Source of the DNA: an uncultured Methanosarcinales archaeon
GTDB taxonomy: Archaea > Nanobdellota > Nanobdellia > Woesearchaeales > BS150m-G63
Assembly: GCA_964630685.1 (NCBI GenBank)
Contig: CAZVVW010000002.1
Coordinates: 25,559 to 89,558 of the forward strand
DNA length: 64,000 nt
Reading direction: 5' to 3'
In this document: positions 13,201 through 21,221 of the stretch, one piece after another
Numbering within the stretch: position 1 is the stretch's first letter
Layout: each line of letters begins with the position of its first letter
Translations under genes and position numbers: made by a program
The notes under the pieces: generated by a model
The model's input: the letters and a program-made list of their open reading frames with translations, nothing else
The model's database searches: none
What the model was told of the DNA's origin: nothing

Positions 13201-16200
13201 GTTGGATGTTGGACCATACTGCCAGTAAACTTGCCAATCACCTGAACGTTTTAACCACCATTTGTAAGTGTAAGTCATTGTGTCGTTGTCTGAATCTGTG
13301 GAATCATTAACTGCACATTTTATTGTTGAATCATTAGGAACATAATTTCCTGAGACATATGCTGAATTATTATAATAAGTGATATTTAGACTATTAACAA
13401 TAGGAATATGGTTTACAAAGAAACTATATCCAGATTGGTTTCTACAATCATAATCTGCACTACAGAATAAAAGATTATAATTGATTGGGCCATGACTGTT
13501 TGTTAAGTTGAATACAGGAGTATTTGTTCCTGGTGTAACTACTAATTCATCAACTTTAAAAATTGCTTGAGCTGGATTGTTATAAGTTACTGTTCTATTG
13601 AACTCATACCCCCAACAACCAGAGTTTCTTATGTGGGTATCATTATCACAGACATATAATTTTACATAATCATAAGGACCATCCCAAGTTACATTTACAA
13701 TTATGTCATCGCCTATATTTATGGGTGTAAGAGTTCCCGATTCATTATTAGAATTATCAGATACAGCCGTTATTTCTGGTCCACCACCGGTTTCTGGAAT
13801 GTCTTCACCTAAAGCAGCAGTTACATGGATTTCTGAAGAATTCTTTGATTCCCCATATTCCCATTCATCTATGGGTGTGATTTGACATTTCCATTCATCT
13901 CCTGGCATTGTGTTTCCATGAACTAAGATGTCGTTGTAATCATTATCACACCAAAGGAAATCATCACAAGAACTGAATTCTGTATCGCCGAATGGCTTTA
14001 CAAACCATTCATAAGTGTAATTGATTATTTCATTATAAACAGAATTACCTGTTGTAGCATCCCAGATTATGTCTTCTCCAGAATCATAATTATCATTTTC
14101 ATTTGTATCATGGAAATAACATCCAGTTAAAGAAGTGCCATTTGTTCCGCTACTTACAGATGAGAATTGGAGGATAGTTTTCCAATTTTCACTATTATTA
14201 TATATTAGGGTGTCAATATTATAATCATAATTTGAATCATCATTTACATCAATGTATGCTAGATTTGTATCATTACTGCAAGCCAAGATTGCAGTGCCAT
14301 TTTTTAGGTTTGAATCTTTTTGATTCCTAATATCTGCAAAAGGTGTTTCCCAACCATCTGCATCTATCATAATATCTGAAGTTGTGGTGTTTGTTAAATC
14401 TTGATCGCTTCCAGTTCCTTGAATACATTGGAGATTCCAATCATCATTTATATCTGAAGTGTATGTTAAACCTTCATTATAACTAAGATGATTTGTCCCT
14501 ATATTAACCCAGTTTAGTTTGGCTGCGTGGTTGACTGTGAAGTTGCCGTCTCTCCAGATTGAACATGCTCCACCAACATCACAGATTCTCATGTGGTATA
14601 TTACTTCACTATCATCTACATCTTCTGCTGTATAAGTACATGATTGTTGTTTGTCTGGGCTGTAGTCTGTTTCACAATAGGTTTTAGCCCCTGGACAGCT
14701 ACCAGTATCTGAACCAGAAGCTTTATAATTTATCCTTATATTTGCTTGATCATAATGAGGTCCTCCATCTGATGAGGTGTTATCATAAATAATTGAAGCA
14801 GAACCGGTTTCATGTGCAGCTACTTTTACTGAAGAATCATTATAAGGAATTTCTCCTGAAAGTAAACAGTTATCTAAGTATCCTGAATCTGCTACTTTTC
14901 CTGTTATTCCAAAAATTGTTCTAAATGCTTTACCTACCCAATTTATTAAATCCATTAGCCAGTTTCCTGTTGGTTGTATTCTTGCTGTAGCATAACCTAC
15001 TCCACCCATTTCCATGTCTTCTGAAAAAGCAGGGTCATTTGGATCTGCTATACAGAATTTTAGTGATGTGTATTTATCTGGCAATGGTTGGGCATTATAT
15101 TGCATAGTGAATGTTGTCCATTCTCCAACAGTAAAGGTGTTCCAGTCACTTCTTGCTATTCTCATTTCTGTTGAGCCATAATAATCTGGTACATGAGAAG
15201 TTGGAGAGTCAGTCATTGAAGTGTTGTCTGCTTCGTAAGCTATTATTGAAAATATGAAAGGGGTGTTATATCCTGAGGTGCTGTTTGTTATTCCATCAAT
15301 TATTGCTTGCCTTATTTTGATATCTACTGTGTCTATCATTAATCCTGTTTCATTTGTGTAAACATGAGCAAAATTTCCATCACCTCCAAAGGTGATGTTT
15401 TGGGCACAATAAGTGTCGTTATCACAGCTATAATCCTCTATACCTCCTGTTTTGTCACACACCACCATCATTGCTGATTCACCAACATCTGTGTCTAACC
15501 AATGTGAATCAAAGGTTACATCTTCTCCAACGTTTGTTGGATTGGTAGAGTTAGAATCATCTTCATAATCTATTAATTGAGGAATTGAGTTTCCCCCTAT
15601 TATTGTAACAGAAGAATTTTCATATTCATAATAAGTTGATCCATTAAGCCAAGTCCAATTTCTACTTGTGGAATTAAACCAAACTCTTTCATTATAACAA
15701 AGAGGATTACTCACCCAACTCTCATCATAATCACATACACTTATTGCACATTTTATTTTATCGTTTTGATCAAAATAATTATCTAATGTTGGATTAGTTT
15801 CATCTGGAACTTCAACAAAACTATTTATCCCTTCATTGTTAATGTACCATTTGTATGCTGTTGATTTATCATTAACTGAACCATATTCACTTTCAGTATC
15901 TAGATCAATATCATTAAATGTGAAATTACAAGTTAAGGTGTCATTTCCTAATGGATCTGTTGGAGTGACTTCTGCATTTGAAGCATAAGGTGCTGTGTTG
16001 TTTATTGCATACCATCGCGTGTCGCTGTTTTCTCCACTAGATATTTCAGGTCCATCTTCTTTCCCATCATTAGGAACCATTGCACAAGTGATTTTATCTC
16101 CTTTGAAAGTATGAGAATAACTTAACATAGCAGTACATTCCCAAAGATCTGGATTATCTACTATCCCTTCTTCACAATAGATATCATTTAAATTAGGATA

Positions 16201-17511
16201 CTGTGGAATAGTGTCGTTTGGACCTATTGGGCCCAGATTAATACATGTAGCATCCATATTTTCTTCTACATAATTTGTTCCGCCAGAGAATGTTGCAACT
16301 GTAAAAGTATATTTGGCAGTTATTTCATCATTATTTCCATCACACACAAAACCAGTACAATAGATATCATGAGCTGTTTGTGCGTGTCCTTTTAAGGGAT
16401 CGAGATAAATAGTATCATTTGCAAAATAGGGTTCTGCATTAAATGCTGCTGTTACTATTGCAGAATCATCTGATTCTTGGGTGCCGTCCCATGCAGTTAT
16501 GTAGAAATAGAATAAGGTTGTGTTATAATAGCTAGAGACATTCCAAGGTAGAGATGAACTTCCTAGGATGCCAGTAGTAGTAACGTTTCTGAATGATATA
16601 TAGGCTGGTGATGTGTAGTTCCAATGGGTGTTTTCAGAGACAATATTAGTATAATTCATTCCTGATTCTGCTGTTGCAGCGTAGATATAATAGCCTAAAA
16701 CATCATCTGTATCTCCTCCTGCTACACTAGTATCATCACCTACATTAGGTTCATCAGCAGATCTTGTCCAATTAATATCAATTCCTAATTCTCCTTGGTC
16801 ATCTAGATGGTCTGCTGCGTTAACATTTGTTGGAGGATCTGGTGCGTTATTATCTATAGTGGTTGCATTTATACAACTAGATTCGTTTTCATTACCTGAA
16901 GCGTCAACTGAAGTGACTTTAAAACCATAAGTGGTATTTACTTCCAGATTTTCCCAAGTAAAAGAAGAGATTCCTGCAGATACTGAATCATTATAGTTGT
17001 TATTTGTACATGATCCATTAGGGTGCAATTTTATCAAGTAATGGTCTATATAATTTATTCCTTGTCCATCATCTGAAGGTAAAGTCCAGTGTAAATCAAT
17101 TGCAGTTCCTTGATCATTTTCTGTATCTTCTGCATATAATCCTATTACTTCTTGAGGGGTTGTGTTATCTGAAGCAGTTGCATTCCCACTATCCGTATCT
17201 ATTAAACCATTTGTACTGTTATAAGAACTTACAGTGAAGGTATGTTCATTTGTATCTCCTGCAGTATACATATAATCCAGAGTCATACCATTTAGTACTT
17301 GTATACCGTCAATGTATAATTGATAACTTACTGCATTTGTATCATTTGTCCATTCTGCTTTTATTTGCAATTCGTTGTTTTCTTGGTTTTCTAATGTCAG
17401 ATCAGTTGCATTTACAGAATTAGTTAATAATATTAAAAATAAAGCCACAGCTATTAAGAAAACATAACTTTTAAGATTTACTTTCTCCTCTTTTTTTAGT
17501 GCTTTGTTCAT
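1288..17511 (-). CDS. Giant (5,407 aa) secreted, membrane-anchored surface protein; probably an adhesin or S-layer-like glycoprotein
   Basis: Uninterrupted 16.2 kb ORF. N-terminal signal peptide (KSYVFLIAVALFLILLTNSVNA). Extremely N/T/S/D-rich with a very high density of N-x-S/T sequons. About seven tandem ~220-aa repeats (PTNVGE.VTF..W ... WKC....DGY.NST). Five Cys-rich DCGGPC repeats. A single TM helix (IIPLNLIPYLIAIIVVLVAIIGFVL) followed by a ~200-aa charged cytoplasmic tail. Confidence 0.85.
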   Translation of the reverse strand: MNKALKKEEKVNLKSYVFLIAVALFLILLTNSVNATDLTLENQENNELQIKAEWTNDTNAVSYQLYIDGIQVLNGMTLDYMYTAGDTNEHTFTVSSYNSTNGLIDTDSGNATASDNTTPQEVIGLYAEDTENDQGTAIDLHWTLPSDDGQGINYIDHYLIKLHPNGSCTNNNYNDSVSAGISSFTWENLEVNTTYGFKVTSVDASGNENESSCINATTIDNNAPDPPTNVNAADHLDDQGELGIDINWTRSADEPNVGDDTSVAGGDTDDVLGYYIYAATAESGMNYTNIVSENTHWNYTSPAYISFRNVTTTGILGSSSLPWNVSSYYNTTLFYFYITAWDGTQESDDSAIVTAAFNAEPYFANDTIYLDPLKGHAQTAHDIYCTGFVCDGNNDEITAKYTFTVATFSGGTNYVEENMDATCINLGPIGPNDTIPQYPNLNDIYCEEGIVDNPDLWECTAMLSYSHTFKGDKITCAMVPNDGKEDGPEISSGENSDTRWYAINNTAPYASNAEVTPTDPLGNDTLTCNFTFNDIDLDTESEYGSVNDKSTAYKWYINNEGINSFVEVPDETNPTLDNYFDQNDKIKCAISVCDYDESWVSNPLCYNERVWFNSTSRNWTWLNGSTYYEYENSSVTIIGGNSIPQLIDYEDDSNSTNPTNVGEDVTFDSHWLDTDVGESAMMVVCDKTGGIEDYSCDNDTYCAQNITFGGDGNFAHVYTNETGLMIDTVDIKIRQAIIDGITNSTSGYNTPFIFSIIAYEADNTSMTDSPTSHVPDYYGSTEMRIARSDWNTFTVGEWTTFTMQYNAQPLPDKYTSLKFCIADPNDPAFSEDMEMGGVGYATARIQPTGNWLMDLINWVGKAFRTIFGITGKVADSGYLDNCLLSGEIPYNDSSVKVAAHETGSASIIYDNTSSDGGPHYDQANIRINYKASGSDTGSCPGAKTYCETDYSPDKQQSCTYTAEDVDDSEVIYHMRICDVGGACSIWRDGNFTVNHAAKLNWVNIGTNHLSYNEGLTYTSDINDDWNLQCIQGTGSDQDLTNTTTSDIMIDADGWETPFADIRNQKDSNLKNGTAILACSNDTNLAYIDVNDDSNYDYNIDTLIYNNSENWKTILQFSSVSSGTNGTSLTGCYFHDTNENDNYDSGEDIIWDATTGNSVYNEIINYTYEWFVKPFGDTEFSSCDDFLWCDNDYNDILVHGNTMPGDEWKCQITPIDEWEYGESKNSSEIHVTAALGEDIPETGGGPEITAVSDNSNNESGTLTPINIGDDIIVNVTWDGPYDYVKLYVCDNDTHIRNSGCWGYEFNRTVTYNNPAQAIFKVDELVVTPGTNTPVFNLTNSHGPINYNLLFCSADYDCRNQSGYSFFVNHIPIVNSLNITYYNNSAYVSGNYVPNDSTIKCAVNDSTDSDNDTMTYTYKWWLKRSGDWQVYWQYGPTSNTSNLLSFSATELGDQWKCEIIPNDGYSDGTSKTSDDITISESTGTETETSVVNATDNSNATYPTNVGEDITFIISWASPNTTSAMAYICNSSNILQTGCAAGSKQFSYSGWTTDNPLTITYTAEDEDYGDNTNHVLNYYTMVCNENYDCSSAEGPYNFSVNHIPTAETVSINGGAYINETDDLSCNYTFDDGDHNVSGGGNNSSDYHTESDQYFSWYKKVQGVWVKQDFSTQTISTDYTSYGDEWKCEVIVNDGYANSTAVSAEGIVESHAPTIQSTTYQGSNSSEPITFNENITFTVDWSDPEQWNDAQVTLFICNDSSITSAGCSNTEYCTTTFTTTDPITCEFNSSTLTTASANTTQFNYTMRIYDEDENSDTETGTIHLNRKPEVTEVNLTPTSPQPSNNLECSATANDAENATLTYNYSWYYDQGSGFQLLNDYPNNETLVSGETSLGQRWKCTVTTCDNYTCSVPVDSDNVTVTQYGVNETPKILSLDSSSTATEPTNVGDVVTFAINWTDADQPFGELVEAYVCKNDSIIENAGCEYEGFTEVDFTSDNPIYASYTVQSTDNGTVNFTVMICDDSNLCSSANVSTFSVNHVPTAQNTSIINSSGGTFFNTNETLNCNYTFSDADFNLSGDNTNASNYAGEEDQYFFWYKYNNGTWQNIDADTSVQNLSSDHTAEGESWKCGVIVSDGYVNSTENISSEIPIGEITPEITSVALNTNSTAPLVYEANINFTVNWYDSNIGETVELFICNSTNHNREGCLDTAFCTLSSTSTSPYTCTYDSENLNNNITNQSYYVYIYDSTERSNNYNSLAQNNNIYINHLPTLDSANLTVYNSTPADIYPLDNETLNCSYTNLTDLDSDNEMFNNTSITYRWYVDQGSGYFEWAVTTGSILTHEETLAGDYWKCGLTPYDDTNYGEEVFSEPRYIYDYEVSGTTPNITEVMVDSNSTNPTNVGEEVTFSISWTDADQPFGENVTVYICDEQGRYENGGCINAYIQAYAQTTNPITLTYTTTETDLSTSNYSIQIVDSDGQVSNYDNDSFAVNHKPNATTPLTIQIDEETLHCNFTYHESTFTTDRNDSEITNAQSDIYSFFEWYEYLNSNWTQLSETSRNLTMAFTGGEVIRCRVLVGDQWELTDTDFKNASNTTVIPAPTTPTLWPLDALNNNNAQITGYLPEDNVNNITIQAYAWQGYANPKDNSTTTLSTSTLKGTSAVIDTFETNSSFVVINNANHTHFNTTNYIEFANHDKEDFLRYQITEHQEIIPDESYRINISPVLNQTVPTGTIVYAYNSSEPQGWFNFTLNLHADDNTIKARAIKTIEGGYNLTGDWTSAEETFSDNENPAIGINDIPNYETSTTPTISFNLTDNYGINLPTLLLNITGTQNKTHVTSDTSYNTTEWSNLGDNISCTPTSSTNYDCQVVLNLTSGTYNLTFNINDSAENTFSTTKSNYWINSSPAPSEEFTVVRTTPEFNNTNLTFNVSIPQNISSNGTLQYTIGTAVYPNTGWNSITGWRNLTSFGTDEDYISYSNISSSWTNLSLYTNEDENLTLTPHTIYVANVRYQIYNWSLWSDVKTTQAMKYFPPYDVGTGPTAVNVTAPLYSFSPTIPISWTGSSDDKYDISYYVIAAGTAEYNESGWNDTQAQWLNAGNTLTHSLEFEANELTHQASYYFTIAAVNTIGKMSTPISSFGTTYYDQTPPTIEINSVANDTDSSDGWLDTNEDDITLINITADENSTCYYSLYDQDYADRDSTKGDKYCNATTEIIGINLTCNITDEDDEPLTQGNHTYYIICQDDREIPNEQSRDENTEINFTVNWPDEPVVDNLTIDIAIYTSSANERNLTNPAYALTNDVLFCNYISSDLDGNGTVDDSLTQYKWYIDGTEITGQTTDYLDLSVNGSAGDNIICEVNITDTTGLSSGFIQSNHSNFNSTVYINNSIPTTATQIAPINNTWHTDSIDFDWTDSTDADEDGINYTLYIYNSSEILESSNETSDSNITINLTDYSDNNYTWYIKSCDNSSFTNNCTESINLTFKVDQTSPTIDITSPTEDQSVGILVEFWANITDTLNQVVDYPTYEILNSSNETIASGFLISLNNQYYASWIPTGFTSGNYSIVITANDSLGNSGNSTRNFALDLLAPYIVVDPDEWEFRAQWLNNNSNLIMDSFVNSTNTTFGSPLNYSVNLSYNIYKTGTIIKTNSTENTSETFWWNHSIPLNTPDWTDGRYDVVFNVTDTLNNTVLLETWFVVDKTAPEYANQKITTSSNSSTVYNDDNVTLSIDWLNNMFIWDANENNIDKDRTTIIWTYNTSNSDVHQEMNLSSETLEFLDDTFFGTIPENETNKTETIYWKSISYDLAGNMRDTSNSSTNETYWFSFTVASETPVFNSTIADISWPEDTDYTNLTLSDYFSDADDNLTHTYTMYPKGLLLYDSLNNLTEIIDFNNGSYENINQENGINNNSILIQSEIENLLLNGDFNESTEDAEHVTTPQDWVRHSYPVYTHNAPPEYVTVNEHNYYSQLITVTENTNYTLSQYMATNSTQGNGRLHINWFNELYPTDETTNKTISYLGSTLDCESSQNCSGIIAITSTPDINESTSRRILTLTSPQESAYAQIVIDSDSNSTWVKIDKVQFEQKEYASTFLAEHRLPGKLTYPITSQYNVTRNNFNKEEGTIEMFIKPTWNGSETLNEDAVFFDIRLDEAIEDATPAVLTSGESPYIFTITANATPSEITGTAQEPFSVTPENNLFKVNISGEYSEINLSENPLIRIVLIQNLALTNLPSTIEAGTITTFTNLDDATYNISFTGPENLSTEDLSYGESFTHLFPTAGVYNYSFTLHPEVNGTFTVTEKTDYRNLTAEDVKTLLDMNLDNEIVNVSTSTNNSIKLETIETGSTKFIQILNGTANELLGFTNQIYTGADATTDNTLLEITISGDSYNISFSAGNLTVDKVVETINTEIPGLATADNTTFNLTTTTDGSSATIFIGDESANDVLGFTSNETEEGIDAVDDLFWLGRKDNKFVFGIREREDKAEINITNLNNQEWTFVAARWDEDTISLTINNEITTDNRTTSEELADIDNTTFNDLTIYIGSNGAQTEQANAYIDELAIYDYARSDTDLLNDYNNNSTIYLNGTYTTDGEINTTINESDSNNVTTTFSPFTDWFGYQRIRFFVNDSFTKIASNLLNLYVTPVNDAPRKVFGNETIENQSWWMDNSHTLDLSNYFHDIEDDELTYYEIYLTANYKIKASINGSIVTFTQPTGWNGEEKISFNVTDGEYWNSSNNIALNVYLNRIYNTTIDETDYNDSYGSDGTDLTTIYLAEIYDSTIYKEDTNLTTINESFINLSTIDESIIINDSTVFNSTINDSTLIRTTVLNSDIIHVTLTDTYVDGAFIDPSNVTNSNVTGSSRIIDSNVTDSNINNSNVTNSEIDNSDLYYSSVDLSTISNLILRYANVTNDFLNSGAVYNSDDEELWNTTNNGTTPLANITNYPPIITYFSLTESESQNNTYILSFRYNDSNLNYSFPDNITWTINWGEGTTSEGTNSSNPSESFTDSNTYSSSGNYTVTLTITDLYEQTVTQSETITITISSGTTQPSGGGGGNGLSGSTVMETIETCTDGIKNQDEMGIDCGGVCAACPGPTCYDGIKNQNEAGVDCGGPCYTACSTATCSDNIKNQGEEGVDCGGPCSACTVRATCSDNIQNQGEEGVDCGGPCSKCTTCSDYIQNQGEEGVDCGGPCSKCPKVEQPLFGIIPLNLIPYLIAIIVVLVAIIGFVLRGKLLPPKRPEIKPAEIKPTLIPVEGPAPITEQKPIKESKQEIKPAETKPKLKPVEQPSEEDKFKDLKKYVSTRLANGFNKNHIKQTLIIKGWPEEVLDVALDGSKELKDTLSTVENYINSSYAEGYNLEEIRQSLLEQGWSEGITDLLLFNVHKPHQDTKQLKAYINYKLSQGKTADEVKQLLQSVGWGKEVIDSVI
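1987..2364 (-). repeat. Five tandem ~27-aa Cys-rich repeats (C.D.I.NQ.E.GVDCGGPC..C) within the giant protein, membrane-proximal
   Basis: The DNA-level direct repeats (aaggtccaccacaatctaccccttcttccccttg...) are visible. The protein repeats are CSDNIQNQGEEGVDCGGPCSKC and variants. Confidence 0.8.
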
Positions 17512-17795
17512 ATCTCTTCTAGTTTTCCAGTTTTTTCTTGTCGGTATTCTTTAAGGGTTTTCTTGAGATGTTCTTTTTTTATTCCTAGTTTGTCTGACTT
17601 GTTGTCTATTTCTATTATCATCGGTTCTTCTTCTAGAGCTGGCGCTGCTATTTTTTTTAGCAGGATGCCTTCTTCTAAGATAGAATGTAGCCAAAAACCA
17701 GTTCCTTCTTTTATGTTGAGTTCTGCTCTAATGTCTTTAGGAATTACTAGTTGTCCTCTGTCATCACACTGAATTATCTTTGGGTATTTTTTCAT
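17508..17795 (-). CDS. AbrB/SpoVT-family transcriptional regulator (95 aa from the ATG; the ORF track starts at TTG 17810), translationally coupled to the giant surface-protein gene
   Basis: MKKYPKIIQCDDRGQLVIPKDIRAELNIKEGTGFWL is the swapped-hairpin AbrB domain and is paralogous to the 1002..1163 ORF. The stop overlaps the giant gene start as ATGA. Confidence 0.65.
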   Translation of the reverse strand: MKKYPKIIQCDDRGQLVIPKDIRAELNIKEGTGFWLHSILEEGILLKKIAAPALEEEPMIIEIDNKSDKLGIKKEHLKKTLKEYRQEKTGKLEEI

Positions 17796-17798
17796 AGT

Positions 17799-17814
17799 CC
17801 TTTTGCGCAAAAGG
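17799..17814. promoter_or_regulatory. Perfect 16-nt palindrome CCTTTTGCGCAAAAGG immediately 5' of the AbrB ATG, followed by a T-run
   Basis: Direct reading. Forms a 7-bp GC-containing hairpin 4 nt upstream of the start codon. Confidence 0.5.
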
Positions 17815-17818
17815 TTTT

Positions 17819-17942
17819 TTTCTGATTTTCAGAATTTTAATCTGAAAATCATATATATTTTTCTGATATTCAGAATTTTATCTGAAATTCAGATTTCAAA
17901 TTCCCATTTTAGGAATTTTTTTCTGATATTCAGAATTAATCT
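17819..17942. promoter_or_regulatory. Array of at least five TTCTGA-N3-TCAGAA / ATCTGAAA-TCAGA palindromes (candidate AbrB operators) upstream of the AbrB-giant protein operon
   Basis: ttctgattttcagaa, atctgaaaatca, ttctgatattcagaa, atctgaaattcaga, ttctgatattcagaa. Same family as at 1205..1285. Confidence 0.55.
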
Positions 17943-18097
17943 ATGTATTACTATTTAAATGTTTCTATGATTAGTCGAGGAGAAATAACAAAAAGAGTAA
18001 TGGGGCTGGTATATTGAGAAATTTAGGGGGGAAATAAGGTAATTTATTTTATAAAACAGTATAATTTATAAATAATTGAACTTATCTTTTGCGTTAT

Positions 18098-18204
18098 GGG
18101 CCTGTAGCCTAGCCTGGGCAAAAAGAATCATAAATTCTTTTAGGGGCAAATAAGGCGACAGCCTTCTAAGCTGTAGATCGAGGGTTCAAATCCCTCCAGG
18201 CCCG
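18098..18204 (+). tRNA. tRNA-Arg (anticodon TCT) with a ~33-nt intron inside the D-loop
   Basis: GGGCCTG acceptor; D-stem GCCT/AGGC with a D-loop AGCCTGG[intron]TA; anticodon arm ACAGC-CTTCTAA-GCTGT; T-arm GAGGG-TTCAAAT-CCCTC; 3' acceptor CAGGCCC plus discriminator G. Confidence 0.8.
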
Positions 18205-18250
18205 TTTATTTTTTTATTGATTTTATTTTTAATTTTTTATAAGAATTCTT

Positions 18251-19417
<1,167 letters not shown>

Positions 19418-21221
19418 GGGTTCCTTCTTTTCCTATTTTAGCAAATTCTTCATCAAATTCAGTATTTTTTTCTTTGTTAAATTCTACTTTTTCAACCTTG
19501 CCTCTTTGTTGTTCTAATAGGTTTTTTAAGGAGTTTTCTATTGTTATTTTTTGATCTTTTTCAAGAGCAAGTAATTCAATAAGTGCATCTGCTACATGTG
19601 GAATATATTTTTCAATATAACTTCTTTTTTTTATTTCGTCTCCCACTCTTTTCTTTTTGTGAACATATTGCCCAAGTTTTCTTCCACATTCTTGGATTGC
19701 TAATCTTATTTCTTTTATAATTTCTGGATAATGAGCTATTGCTTCTTTTGATTCTGAAGTAAAAGGCACCCAAACTGATGCTATATGTACTGATAAGGTT
19801 AAAGGCCCAACAGGCAATGAACCATTACTTTGACTCAATCCATAATTTCTCCAAGTAGTTGATGTTGTGCCTTTTGCTACTGCTCCTGCACTTTGTTGAT
19901 ATAATAATGGAACACGATTAGCGAACCTCAATAATCTGATTGATTTATCCGATGGTTGTTCTCCACCATAAGCAATAGTCGCTTCAATTATGAATGGATT
20001 TCCCCTATATACTGCAGGTGGTCTTGTAGATGAAGCATAAAATTCTGCATTAACCACTCTTCTCAATCCTTTTTCAAATAAATTAGAACCTATTGGAGAA
20101 ACACTATCTGTTGGAGGATTCATTAGTTTTGTTTTTTTAATTCCTTCCATTAATTGAGTGGACATTTCCCTACTCATTTTTTTAGGTTTAGTTTTAGGTA
20201 ATAATAAAGCATTTTCACAAATTCTTTTTGCAGTTCCGGAACCTACTCTTGTGAATTCTTTTGTAAGAAATGATTGAAGAGTTTTTGCATCTGTGGTGCT
20301 AATCATTTTAATCATAGTACCAGTTTCAACACCATAAGGGTGAGGTTTAGTTTCTTTTGGTTCTTTAGGTAATTTTTCTGTAACTCTTGGAAAAATAATT
20401 TGATTGGCTTTTGGATTTGTATAAATTATTGTGGCATGGGGATTTGTAATTGATGTTTGTTTTAGATATTCATCAACAGATTGTGCTCCTAATTGATAAC
20501 TTCCTTCAAGATCTATTTCTATTTTAGTACCATGATCTTTTTCCCATTCTACTATTTCTGTTTTAACTATTTGTTCTTTGTTTTTTTGGGTGTTAATGTG
20601 AAGTTCATAATAATGCGCTGGTTGGTTTTTTCCAATTTTAGATGTTATTTTAGCTGGTTTTCCTGTAGTCATTTGACCATACATTACAGAAGCAGAAATA
20701 CCAATTCCTTGTTGTCCTCTACTTTGTTTTAATGAATGGAATTTACTTCCATAAAGAAGTTTTGCAAAGATTTTTGGAATTTGAGCTTTTACTATTCCAG
20801 GACCATTATCTTCAATGATTACCTTAAATCTATCTTCTCCTATCTCAATTAATTGGATATTAATTTCAGGTAAAATATTTGCTTCTTCACACGCATCTAA
20901 AGAATTATCTACAGCTTCTTTTATTGTTGTGAGTAAGGCCTTTCTTTTATTATCAAAACCTAATAAGTGCCTATTTCTCGCAAAGAATTCAGCAACACCT
21001 ATATCTCTTTGTTTTTTTGCCAATTCATGAGCTTTTGTTTGAACCGGAGCTGTTTTTTGAGTTTTCTCCCCTTTTTTTTCATCGATAAACGAATCTAAAC
21101 CCATTGTTTTTTCAGACATAACAAAAATTAAATTAGGATTAGTTTAATAAACTTTTCGTTACTAAAATATCTATTATGTTTTTTATGTGTGGATAAAATT
21201 AAGGAGAAATATTATTAAAAT

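Noticed and set aside
1667-13885. Numerous 60-100-aa plus-strand ORFs inside the giant gene (for example 1667..1936, 1950..2135, 4085..4399, 10186..10425, 13703..13885)
   Set aside because: Shadow ORFs on the opposite strand of a long, compositionally biased coding region. Their low-complexity translations mirror the repeats of the real gene (1950..2135 reflects the Cys-repeat DNA).
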